From assembly GCA_052034745.1 (NCBI GenBank), contig JBPOIF010000009.1:1-49844 (forward strand): a stretch of 49,844 nt of DNA. The letters are read 5' to 3'. Each line of letters begins with the position of its first letter. Position 1 is the stretch's first letter. Shown one piece after another: positions 41,075 through 49,185 of this stretch. Position numbers and translations under genes: made by a program. Under the pieces are notes generated by a model. It worked only from the letters and a program-made list of their open reading frames with translations, was not told the DNA's origin and ran no database searches. This DNA is from Candidatus Nomurabacteria bacterium (GTDB lineage: Bacteria > Patescibacteriota > Minisyncoccia > Phycocordibacterales > UBA9973).

Positions 41075-41644
41075 ATGAAAGACGAAGATATTACTATTGA
41101 AAATGAAGGGGAAGATGTTGTCTTCGAAGAGTCTACCGAAGAGGGAGAGGCTCTCTCTGGTGGAGCAAAGATAAAGAAGCTTCAGGATCGCATCAAAGAG
41201 CTCGAAAAGGAAAAGCAGGAGTATCTCGACGGCTGGCAGCGCGCTCGTGCTGATTATGCCAACCTGCAAAAGATTACCGAAGATGACAAAAAAAGGTTCA
41301 AGGAGATGTTCGCAGAATCTTTTGTCTCTGACCTCATTCCTGTTGTTGATAGTTTCCTCATGGCGATGAGTAACAAAGAGGCTTGGGAAAAAGTTGACCC
41401 TGCATGGCGCACTGGTGTGGAATACATTTACAACCAGCTCATGAGCGCGCTCGATGCCCACAAGCTCGCACTTTTTGGTGAGGTAGGGGAAGGATTTGAT
41501 CCTGTACAACATGAAGCAGTCTCAGAAGAAGTTACCGATGATGCTTCAAAAGATCACACAATCGCAAAGGTTATCCAAAAAGGCTTTCTCCTCAATGGAA
41601 GCATCCTCCGTGCCGCAAGAGTGGTGGTGTACGCAAAGAACTAG
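41075..41644 (+). CDS. grpE: nucleotide exchange factor GrpE
   Basis: LDGWQRARADYANLQK...VIQKGFLLNGSILRAARVVV. Confidence 0.9.
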   Translation: MKDEDITIENEGEDVVFEESTEEGEALSGGAKIKKLQDRIKELEKEKQEYLDGWQRARADYANLQKITEDDKKRFKEMFAESFVSDLIPVVDSFLMAMSNKEAWEKVDPAWRTGVEYIYNQLMSALDAHKLALFGEVGEGFDPVQHEAVSEEVTDDASKDHTIAKVIQKGFLLNGSILRAARVVVYAKN

Positions 41645-41673
41645 TTGACCTGAAGAGAGATGGCGAGTAGGAT
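41645..41673 (+). promoter_or_regulatory. promoter TTGACC-N17-TAGGAT
   Basis: -35 at 41645-41650 and -10 at 41668-41673. Confidence 0.45.
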
Positions 41674-41690
41674 GTTAAAAACTTCTTACT

Positions 41691-41951
41691 ATGACAGTAA
41701 AAATTCTTGGAGAAGAGCGCGCAAATCCTGAGTCAATTGAAAAAGCGAAGTGCTATAAAAGCAGGATAGAAAAAGAGTTTTCTTGCCTTTCAAATAAGTT
41801 CTGGGAATTCTGGAAGGAGGTTGAGAAAGATTTTCCTGAGAGTTGGGTGCCAGGAAGAGGAAAAGTAGACGTATTGATTTGCGTTCCAACCGCTGTTAAT
41901 GTTTGTTCTCCAGAGGCAATCCAATTTGCTCTTCGGTCTTTGAAAGACTGA
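41691..41951 (+). CDS. hypothetical protein (86 aa)
   Basis: ORF between a promoter-like site and the bidirectional terminator 41959-41995. Confidence 0.4.
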   Translation: MTVKILGEERANPESIEKAKCYKSRIEKEFSCLSNKFWEFWKEVEKDFPESWVPGRGKVDVLICVPTAVNVCSPEAIQFALRSLKD

Positions 41952-41958
41952 AGATGTT

Positions 41959-41995
41959 AAAAAATCGAACGGTACACACTGTTCGATTTTTTTTA
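41959..41995. terminator. bidirectional terminator
   Basis: aaaaaatcgaacggt-acac-actgttcgatttttttt. Confidence 0.7.
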
Positions 41996-42517
41996 TTTCA
42001 TCAATGCAAAGAAAGCTTGTTCAGTTTCGGGGTCTATTTTGTCAGTCACAACGATCATGAGTTCTGTACTGAGGTCAAAATCTTTTTTGATGTTTGCAAA
42101 GAGGTGTTCATAGGGGAGCGGGGAGATCCAGACGCTATTTTTGAGGCACACAAACCCTGCTTTTTTGAGGAGATATCTGAGTGCGTCGCGCTCGTCTTTT
42201 CGAGATTCTGGCAAATCGAGGAGGACCATTCGCCATTTCCCATCCCAACTGTTCACCAGGGAGCTATTGGCTTCGAGGAGGTGACTTCTCGCCTTTACGC
42301 GCCCCGACTTGGTGAGGCGGGCGTATTGCTGTCTGCCGGAGGACGCCTGTTCTATGAGTCCTGCTTCGACAAGTCCCTTTATTGAGCGAGAAATAGCGTA
42401 TACGGGCTTTTTTGAGGTCTCCGTGGGGGTGAGTCGGGTGACGAGTTCTGGAAGCGCAAAAGCGGGCTTTTCGGTCAATGTTTTCAATATTTTTTTAGAG
42501 TAATCACTTTTTTTCAT
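41993..42517 (-). CDS. PaaX-like winged-helix transcriptional regulator
   Basis: WDGKWRMVLLDLPESRKDERDALRYLLKKAGFVCLKNSVWISP is the PaaX C-terminal signature. The start is moved to MKKSDYS so that it clears the dnaK -35 box. Confidence 0.6.
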   Translation of the reverse strand: MKKSDYSKKILKTLTEKPAFALPELVTRLTPTETSKKPVYAISRSIKGLVEAGLIEQASSGRQQYARLTKSGRVKARSHLLEANSSLVNSWDGKWRMVLLDLPESRKDERDALRYLLKKAGFVCLKNSVWISPLPYEHLFANIKKDFDLSTELMIVVTDKIDPETEQAFFALMK

Positions 42518-42558
42518 ATGGGTTCTATCCCGCAAAGCTCCAAAGGAGCGACGTGGGA

Positions 42559-42587
42559 TTGACATACAAAAATCCTAGCACTATACT
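42559..42587 (+). promoter_or_regulatory. dnaK promoter TTGACA-N17-TATACT
   Basis: -35 at 42559-42564 and -10 at 42582-42587. Confidence 0.6.
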
Positions 42588-42598
42588 CCTGTTTGTAC

Positions 42599-42636
42599 AA
42601 GTATTTCGCGACCGAGAAATTTCTGTAGAAATACTT
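42599..42636 (+). promoter_or_regulatory. nested inverted repeats in the dnaK leader (candidate operator or RNA element)
   Basis: AAGTATTTC (42599-42607) pairs with GAAATACTT (42628-42636). The pair encloses the 10-bp palindrome AGAAATTTCT (42615-42624). Confidence 0.5.
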
Positions 42637-42687
42637 AATTTGTTATTGGAAATTGGAATTTTATTATTAACCTAATCTTTTTAAATT

Positions 42688-44568
42688 ATGGGAAAAATCA
42701 TCGGAATTGACCTTGGAACAACAAACTCAGCTGTAGCCATCATCGAAGGTGGTCAACCAAAAATCATAGAAAACATCGAAGGTGCACGAACCACCCCTTC
42801 TATTGTCGCAATCGGCAAAAACGGCGATCGTCTTGCGGGGCTCCTTGCAAAGCGCCAGGCAGTCACCAATCCTCAAAATACTATCTACGGTATCAAGCGC
42901 TTCATGGGTCACAAGTATGATGACCATGGCATGGAAAAAGTCATCAGTCACAGTCCTTTCACCGTGACCAAAGGCCCTGACGGTGGTGTTCTCGTCAAGA
43001 TGTCTGACAAAGAATATCGTCCAGAAGAAATCTCTGCGATGATTTTGCAAAAGATCAAAGCTGATGTAGAGGCAAAGCTTGGGGAAAAAATTACTGAAGC
43101 GATCATCACCGTGCCTGCATATTTCAACGACGCACAACGCAAGGCAACCAAAGATGCGGGAGCAATCGCAGGACTTGATGTGAAGCGTATCATCAACGAA
43201 CCAACCGCAGCTGCTCTTGCTTACGGACTCAATACAAAAAAGGATGAAAAGGTAGTCGTGTATGACTTCGGAGGAGGAACTTTTGACGTCTCAGTCCTTG
43301 AGATCACGAACGATGTTATCGAAGTGAAGTCTACCGACGGAGACTCGCTCATGGGAGGTCGTGATATCGACCAAAAGATTTTGCGATGGATCGCAGATGA
43401 ATTCAAACGAGAGTCCGGTATCGATGTGACCCGCGATCCGCTCGCACTCCAACGTCTCGATGAAGCTGCCGAAAAAGCAAAGATCGAGCTCTCAACGACG
43501 ACCGAAGCCGAAATCAATATTCCGTTTATCACATCAACCGATGCAGGACCACAGCACCTCTTGGTAAAGATGACTCGTGCAAAGCTCGAAGAGATCGCCG
43601 ATGAATTTATTGTTCAGTCGATCGAGATCACCAAGCGCGCACTCGAAGCATCGCCATTTGCGATGAACGAAATCAACGAAGTTATTCTTGTCGGAGGACA
43701 GACTCGTATGCCAAAGATCGTCGAAGAGGTAAAGAAACTCTTTGGTAAGGAACCAAACCGCTCTATCAACCCAGACGAAGTCGTTGCGCTCGGTGCTGCA
43801 GTGCAGGGAGGCGTGCTCCAAGGAGATGTGCGCGATGTGCTCCTCCTCGATGTGATCCCACTTTCTCTCGGTATCGAAACTCTCGGAGGTGTCGCCACCA
43901 AGCTCGTTGAGCGAAACACGACCATCCCTTCATCAAAGACCCAGGTCTTTTCAACCGCAGTCGACAACCAGCCATCAGTGGAGATTCATATCACCCAAGG
44001 TGAGCGCCCTATGGCAGCGGACAACAAATCACTCGGACGATTTGTGCTCGATGGTATCGCGCCAGCACCACGAGGAATGCCACAGATCGAAGTGACCTTT
44101 GATGTCGATGCCAACGGTATCCTCTCAGTCAAAGCAAAAGATAAAGCAACGAACAAAGAGCAATCTATCCGTATCGAAGCATCGTCAGGTCTTTCAAAAG
44201 AAGATATTGAGCGCATGCAAAAGGATGCCGAACTTCATGCAAAAGAAGATGAAGAAAAGAAAGCACTTGTCGATGTCAAAAACACTGCCGACATGATGAT
44301 CTTTTCTGCAGAGAAAGCACTCTCTGAACATGGCGCAAATATTCCTGAAGAGGTCAAAACTGGTGTACAGGCAAAGATAGACGATCTCAAAAAGGCAAAA
44401 GACGGCTCTGACAAAACCGCTATCGACACTGCAACACAAGCACTCTCGCTCGAGATGCAAAAGATCGGTGAACACGTAAACAAGAGCGCTTCACCAGAGC
44501 CAGCACCAGCAGGAGATGCTCCAGAAGCAAAGGACGCGACCGGAGAAGAAAAGGCTGACAATAACTAG
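42688..44568 (+). CDS. dnaK: molecular chaperone DnaK (Hsp70)
   Basis: [25 protein letters not shown] and [12 protein letters not shown]. Confidence 0.97.
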   Translation: MGKIIGIDLGTTNSAVAIIEGGQPKIIENIEGARTTPSIVAIGKNGDRLAGLLAKRQAVTNPQNTIYGIKRFMGHKYDDHGMEKVISHSPFTVTKGPDGGVLVKMSDKEYRPEEISAMILQKIKADVEAKLGEKITEAIITVPAYFNDAQRKATKDAGAIAGLDVKRIINEPTAAALAYGLNTKKDEKVVVYDFGGGTFDVSVLEITNDVIEVKSTDGDSLMGGRDIDQKILRWIADEFKRESGIDVTRDPLALQRLDEAAEKAKIELSTTTEAEINIPFITSTDAGPQHLLVKMTRAKLEEIADEFIVQSIEITKRALEASPFAMNEINEVILVGGQTRMPKIVEEVKKLFGKEPNRSINPDEVVALGAAVQGGVLQGDVRDVLLLDVIPLSLGIETLGGVATKLVERNTTIPSSKTQVFSTAVDNQPSVEIHITQGERPMAADNKSLGRFVLDGIAPAPRGMPQIEVTFDVDANGILSVKAKDKATNKEQSIRIEASSGLSKEDIERMQKDAELHAKEDEEKKALVDVKNTADMMIFSAEKALSEHGANIPEEVKTGVQAKIDDLKKAKDGSDKTAIDTATQALSLEMQKIGEHVNKSASPEPAPAGDAPEAKDATGEEKADNN

Positions 44569-44582
44569 TTTTCTGCTATAAT
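44555..44582 (+). promoter_or_regulatory. promoter CTGACA-N16-TATAAT inside the dnaK 3' end
   Basis: -35 at 44555-44560 and consensus -10 at 44577-44582. Confidence 0.5.
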
Positions 44583-44588
44583 CACTGT

Positions 44589-44832
44589 CATGAATCCCGT
44601 TAGAGATTGCTCCCGTTGAGCATCTTTCGGGAGGAGATAGTATCAGATCGAAATGGTATATTATTACGAAGACTAATTTATGATACGGATATTGCAAAAT
44701 ATCCTATCTCTAAACGGGATGAATAAGAAGAGAAAAGTAGCCGCAAAGAAAAAGGCAAAACGAGAAGGGAAACAAGTCTCTCTCAGACATCGTTAGAAAA
44801 CTTGAAAATCCCGCTCGAAGCGGGGTTTTCTT
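44589..44832 (+). ncRNA. candidate structured transcript between dnaK and dnaJ (may also encode a 25-aa basic peptide)
   Basis: A long-range stem (44594-44607 with 44706-44720) encloses hairpins 44610-44633 and 44687-44704. ORF 44719-44796. Terminator at 44806-44832. Confidence 0.4.
44806..44832 (+). terminator. Rho-independent terminator
   Basis: cccgc-tcgaa-gcggg + gttttctt. Confidence 0.6.
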
Positions 44833-44857
44833 GTGAATCAACTCACAGACAATCTCT

Positions 44858-45934
44858 ATGAACAAAGACTATTACAAAACACTCGGTATAGAAAAAAGTG
44901 CCTCAAAGGACGACATCAAGCGTGCGTTCCATAAACTCGCGCACAAGTATCACCCTGACAAAAGTGGCGGCGATGAAGCCAAGTTCAAAGAAGTAAACGA
45001 AGCCTATCAAGTGCTCTCTGATGAAGGAAAGCGCGCTCAATACGATCAGTTCGGAAATGCCGGACCTCAAGGAGGCTTTGGAGGACAGGGTGGATTTGGT
45101 GGCTTCGACTTTTCAAACTTTGGAGGATTTCAAGGTACTGATGGAGCAATGGAGTTTGATCTCGGAGACATGTTCGGGGACTTTTTTGGAGGCGGTGGTC
45201 GCAACAAGAAACGTCGAGGAGGTGACTTGCAGACGAGCATCTCACTTGATTTCAAAGACGCGATTTTCGGTATCGAAAAAGAGATTCGCATTACAAAACC
45301 TTCGACTTGTACGACTTGTAAAGGAAGTGGAGCAAAGCCAGGAACAGAGCTCCATACATGTAGTCAATGTAACGGCAACGGTACGGTGCGCAACATTCAG
45401 CGTACGATTCTTGGCTCGATTGCGACGACACAGACCTGTGACAAATGTCACGGCGTAGGAAAGATCCCCAAGGATCCTTGTGGTATCTGTCATGGCAAGG
45501 GCGTCGTCAACGAACCGCGTACGATCTCTATCAATGTCCCTGCTGGTATCCAAAACGGTGAGACACTTCGTCTCTCAAGTATGGGAGAAGCTATCTCTGG
45601 TGGACAATCAGGTGATCTGTATGTACGAGTCGCTGTCGGAACGCACAAGAGTATCACTCGAGAACGCTACGACCTCGTCACCACACTCCAGATCAAACTT
45701 TCTGATGCGCTCCTTGGTGCGCAGTATGCAGTGGAGACGCTCGATGGATCAAAGCCGATCACGGTTCCTGCGGGGACAAAGATAGGGGATACTGTTGTAC
45801 TCAAAGGTCTCGGAGTACCAAGTGCCGCTTCAAAGCGGGGCAACTTCGTCGTGAAGCTCAACATCAAGCTCCCTGAAAAGCTTTCAAAGAAAGCAAAAGA
45901 GATCATCGAAGAGCTCAAGAAGGAGGGAATATAG
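44858..45934 (+). CDS. dnaJ: co-chaperone DnaJ
   Basis: J domain KLAHKYHPDK, G/F region, and four CxxCxGxG zinc repeats. Confidence 0.96.
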   Translation: MNKDYYKTLGIEKSASKDDIKRAFHKLAHKYHPDKSGGDEAKFKEVNEAYQVLSDEGKRAQYDQFGNAGPQGGFGGQGGFGGFDFSNFGGFQGTDGAMEFDLGDMFGDFFGGGGRNKKRRGGDLQTSISLDFKDAIFGIEKEIRITKPSTCTTCKGSGAKPGTELHTCSQCNGNGTVRNIQRTILGSIATTQTCDKCHGVGKIPKDPCGICHGKGVVNEPRTISINVPAGIQNGETLRLSSMGEAISGGQSGDLYVRVAVGTHKSITRERYDLVTTLQIKLSDALLGAQYAVETLDGSKPITVPAGTKIGDTVVLKGLGVPSAASKRGNFVVKLNIKLPEKLSKKAKEIIEELKKEGI

Positions 45935-45940
45935 GAAGAG

Positions 45941-45972
45941 TAGCTACTAGCTCTTAGCTTCTAGCGACTAGC
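45941..45972 (+). repeat. heptad array (TAGCNNN)x5
   Basis: TAGCTAC TAGCTCT TAGCTTC TAGCGAC TAGC with a strict 7-bp period. It shares the 12-mer TTAGCTTCTAGC with 10884-10895. Confidence 0.8.
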
Positions 45973-45974
45973 AT

Positions 45975-46000
45975 AAAAAGCCTTAGAAATAAGGCTTTTT
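45975..46000 (+). terminator. Rho-independent terminator of dnaJ
   Basis: aaaaagcctta-gaaa-taaggcttttt. Confidence 0.8.
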
Positions 46001-46004
46001 ATGT

Positions 46005-46033
46005 TTGACTTTTGTGATCATATATGCTATAAT
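46005..46033 (+). promoter_or_regulatory. promoter TTGACT-N17-TATAAT
   Basis: -35 at 46005-46010 and consensus -10 at 46028-46033. Confidence 0.6.
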
Positions 46034-46114
46034 ATACGCATAAAGTTCTTTGAACGTTTTTATGGTTTCCAGAGTTTCTACGAGGAAATTGTGGTAACCA
46101 TAAAAACAAAATGC

Positions 46115-46282
46115 ATGAAATATTTTAATGTTTTAAGTTTCGGTTTAATCTTTGCTTTTATTGTAATCTTCGTGAGTTCAGTGGAAAGCAAGAATATTTA
46201 CGCTCTCGGCGTAGCTGAGCTGTTTGGTTTTGCAGCAATCGTTTGTTTTCGAAAAGCAAACAAAAAACCGGTAATTTCTTAA
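46115..46282 (+). CDS. small two-TM membrane protein (55 aa)
   Basis: MKYFNVLSFGLIFAFIVIFVSSV...LGVAELFGFAAIVCF. The 5' part of ORF 46001..46282 overlaps its own promoter. Terminator at 46299-46324. Confidence 0.35.
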   Translation: MKYFNVLSFGLIFAFIVIFVSSVESKNIYALGVAELFGFAAIVCFRKANKKPVIS

Positions 46283-46298
46283 AAACATATCTGATTCT

Positions 46299-46324
46299 AA
46301 GCCTCCTTCGGGAGGCTTTTTTTG
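46299..46324 (+). terminator. Rho-independent terminator
   Basis: aagcctcc-ttcg-ggaggctt + ttttt. Confidence 0.8.
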
Positions 46325-46351
46325 TTGGCTTTTTTCAGGTACACTACGCCC

Positions 46352-47815
46352 ATGTCATCCATCGAAGACCTCCGAAATGAGCGCCTGAAAAAGAAGGCCA
46401 TATTGCTCGAAAAAGGGCTTGATCCCTACCCAAACGAATCTCATCGCACCGATACGATCGAGGTGTTTGTCGACCGATTTACTCTCTATGAGTCGGGCAA
46501 AGACGCGATCACACTCGCAGGACGCATCATGAGCAAGCGCGGACAAGGTGGTCTGAGCTTCCTCGATATATTTGATGGTACAGGAAAGACACAGCTTGTC
46601 TTTAAACGAGACGAGATGGACGAGGTGCTGTATGACCTTCTCGTAGACACAGTCGATGTGGGAGACTTTCTCGAAGTCGCCGGACATGCCTATACCACAC
46701 AGCGCGGGGCACAAAGCCTGTTTGCGCATTCATGGCGCATGCTTTCAAAGTCACTTCGGCCTATCCCTGACGGATGGTATGGACTCAAAGATGAAGATGA
46801 TCGACTTCGTCTGCGGTATCTCGATATCCTCCAGGATGCTGGTGTTGCCGGTATGGTAAAGAAGCGTTCGGTATTTTGGAATACAATGCGAAGCTTTCTC
46901 CTTGCGCAAGATTTTGTCGAAGTAGAAACACCAGTGCTCGAAAATACGACTGGAGGAGCTGACGCTCGACCATTTGTCACGCACCACAACGCGCTCGATA
47001 TCGACGTATATCTTCGTATCTCAGCAGGAGAACTTTGGCAAAAGAAGCTCATGGTTGCAGGTATTCCTCGCACTTTTGAGATTGGGCGCATCTTCCGCAA
47101 TGAAGGCATGTCTGCGGAACACCTCCAAGACTACACGCAGATGGAGTTCTACATGGCGTACAGCGATTATCAGAAAGGAATGGAGATGGTACAGGCGCTC
47201 TATCGTGAAGTTGCCGAAAAGACATTTGGCACCACGACATTTACGATCAAGGGCTTTACCGTAGATCTCGCAACTGAGTGGGCGATGTATGACTTTTGTG
47301 CACTCATCAAGGAAGAGTACGCTATCGATCCGCTCGCGACAACCGTAGATGCAGTCGAAAGTGCGCTCAAACAGCACGATATCGAGTATGACAAAGCAAC
47401 ACTTTCTATCGAACGCGGTGTCGACCTCCTCTGGAAAAAGATCCGCAAAGGGCTCGGTGGACCAGGATTCCTCGTCAATGTTCCTGTCTATCTCGAACCA
47501 CTCGCAAAGAAAAATCGCGATGGGAGCGAGACCGTAGAACGATTCCAAGTGATTATCGCGGGTTCTGAAGTCGGAAAAGGGTTCAGTGAGCTCAACGATC
47601 CAGTCGATCAGCGCGAGCGCTTCATGAAGCAACAAGCACTCCGTGACGCAGGAGATGATGAAGCACAGATGGCAGATATGGAGTACGTCGAAGCGATGGA
47701 GTACGGTATGCCACCCGCATTTGGTTTCGGTGTCTCAGAACGACTCTTCTCATTCCTCCTCGACAAACCAGTCCGCGAAGCACAAATCTTCCCACTGATG
47801 CGACCAAGAGAGTAA
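46352..47815 (+). CDS. lysS: lysine--tRNA ligase, class II
   Basis: FRNEGMSAEHLQDYTQMEFYMAY (motif 2) and GFGVSERLFSFL (motif 3). The start falls after the terminator. Confidence 0.95.
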   Translation: MSSIEDLRNERLKKKAILLEKGLDPYPNESHRTDTIEVFVDRFTLYESGKDAITLAGRIMSKRGQGGLSFLDIFDGTGKTQLVFKRDEMDEVLYDLLVDTVDVGDFLEVAGHAYTTQRGAQSLFAHSWRMLSKSLRPIPDGWYGLKDEDDRLRLRYLDILQDAGVAGMVKKRSVFWNTMRSFLLAQDFVEVETPVLENTTGGADARPFVTHHNALDIDVYLRISAGELWQKKLMVAGIPRTFEIGRIFRNEGMSAEHLQDYTQMEFYMAYSDYQKGMEMVQALYREVAEKTFGTTTFTIKGFTVDLATEWAMYDFCALIKEEYAIDPLATTVDAVESALKQHDIEYDKATLSIERGVDLLWKKIRKGLGGPGFLVNVPVYLEPLAKKNRDGSETVERFQVIIAGSEVGKGFSELNDPVDQRERFMKQQALRDAGDDEAQMADMEYVEAMEYGMPPAFGFGVSERLFSFLLDKPVREAQIFPLMRPRE

Positions 47816-48453
47816 TGAAAATCACAAAATTTGAACAATCTGGATTTATTTTAGAAGCCAAAGACGGTTTTACTTTGGCTCTTGATATCGGCAACAAAAC
47901 ACCCGTTGAAAGACTCGCTGGTTTGTCAGTAGACGCAATGGTTGTTTCGCATATCCATGGAGATCATTTCTATCTTGAGTCAATCAAAGCACTTTCTCCA
48001 AAGACGTTGTATTTGAATACTGAATGCGCGGATGCACTCAGTGAAGAATCTTTGGTCTCTGAGATAGTTCGGGTCAAAGTAGGAGATGTTCAAAAAATTG
48101 GTAATTTTGTTGTTCATTTTTTCAATGTCGATCATGGCCCGCATCTCTCAGTTCCTCTCGCAGAAAACTTCGGACTTTTAATCGAAGGAGACGATGAGAA
48201 AATTTACTTCTGTGGTGATATGTGTGTTCCGTCAGGTATGCCTGTAGACGATCTCTCAGTGGACTACATATTACTTCCTGTTGGTGGATATTACACTTTT
48301 GATCCTCAAGAGGCGTTTGATTTTGCAAAACAATTTAAAAAAATTCAAACCATAATCCCGATGCACTTCGAGAAAAACAACTTTGTTGATCCGATAAGAA
48401 GAGACGAATTTGTGGAGATTGCAAAGAATAATTTTATGATAGATATTCTATAA
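47815..48453 (+). CDS. MBL-fold metallo-hydrolase
   Basis: VVSHIHGDHF HxHxDH motif. The start overlaps the lysS stop (TAATG). Confidence 0.8.
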   Translation: MKITKFEQSGFILEAKDGFTLALDIGNKTPVERLAGLSVDAMVVSHIHGDHFYLESIKALSPKTLYLNTECADALSEESLVSEIVRVKVGDVQKIGNFVVHFFNVDHGPHLSVPLAENFGLLIEGDDEKIYFCGDMCVPSGMPVDDLSVDYILLPVGGYYTFDPQEAFDFAKQFKKIQTIIPMHFEKNNFVDPIRRDEFVEIAKNNFMIDIL

Positions 48454-48458
48454 ATTTT

Positions 48459-48785
48459 ATGCCTTCAAAAAATGTAAAACTTGTTGTTTTTGTTCCGCTT
48501 AGTCATTCGGATATTGTGAGACAGGCCCTTGGTGAAGCTGGCGCAGGTAAAATTGGAAATTATGATTTTTGCTCATTTTCTAGTCGCGGTGTTGGGAGAT
48601 ATAAGGGCAATGAAAATTCAGATCCTTTTATAGGAGAAAAAGGAGTTCTTGAATCAGTAGAAGAAGAACGAGTAGAAGTTCTCGTTCCGAGAGAGATACT
48701 AAAAGAGGTAATAGAAAAGATGAAATCAGTTCACCCTTATGAAGAAGTCGCTTTTGATATTTATCCGTTAGAAGATTTTGAGTAA
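48459..48785 (+). CDS. PII-like small protein (COG3323 / Nif3-insert-like)
   Basis: KLVVFVP..ALGEAGAGKIGNYDFCSF...DPFIGEKG...VHPYEEVAFDIYPL matches my recollection of the YqfO-insert-like family. Confidence 0.55.
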   Translation: MPSKNVKLVVFVPLSHSDIVRQALGEAGAGKIGNYDFCSFSSRGVGRYKGNENSDPFIGEKGVLESVEEERVEVLVPREILKEVIEKMKSVHPYEEVAFDIYPLEDFE

Positions 48786-48788
48786 AGT

Positions 48789-49184
48789 ATGATTCATATA
48801 AAATACAAACTAGACAGGTCGGATAAGCACGGCATTGGGTTATTTACAGACGAAGATTTGAAAGCGGGGCAACTTGTTTATACTGCGAGCCCACTTCTTG
48901 ATGTGAATATTACGCAAGAACAATTTGATTCTTTGAGTGAGCGAGAGAAAGAAGAGTTTCGTTGGTGGGGATTTTTTGATGAAGCATCACAAAAATGGCA
49001 TGTTGATTTTGACGTTTCAAAATTTATCAACCACTCTTTTGAAGGAACAATTACTCAAGACAAAAATCATACTGAGGCCTATCTTATAACAACTCGTGAC
49101 ATAAAGAAGGGTGAAGAACTTACTCAAAACTATCTTGAATTCGAAAGTGAAGAAGATTTAAAACATAGAGGAATCATTAAATAA
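48789..49184 (+). CDS. SET-domain protein
   Basis: GIGLFTDEDLKAGQLV, FINHSFEG and KKGEELTQNY, in SET order. Confidence 0.7.
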   Translation: MIHIKYKLDRSDKHGIGLFTDEDLKAGQLVYTASPLLDVNITQEQFDSLSEREKEEFRWWGFFDEASQKWHVDFDVSKFINHSFEGTITQDKNHTEAYLITTRDIKKGEELTQNYLEFESEEDLKHRGIIK

Positions 49185-49185
49185 T

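Noticed and set aside
42570-42592. CIRCE operator upstream of dnaK (ctagcact resembles the TTAGCACTC half-site)
   Set aside because: There is no matching GAGTGCTAA half-site 9 nt away. The segment is the spacer of the dnaK promoter.
47021-47635. Minus-strand 204-aa ORF
   Set aside because: Antisense to lysS. Shadow ORF.
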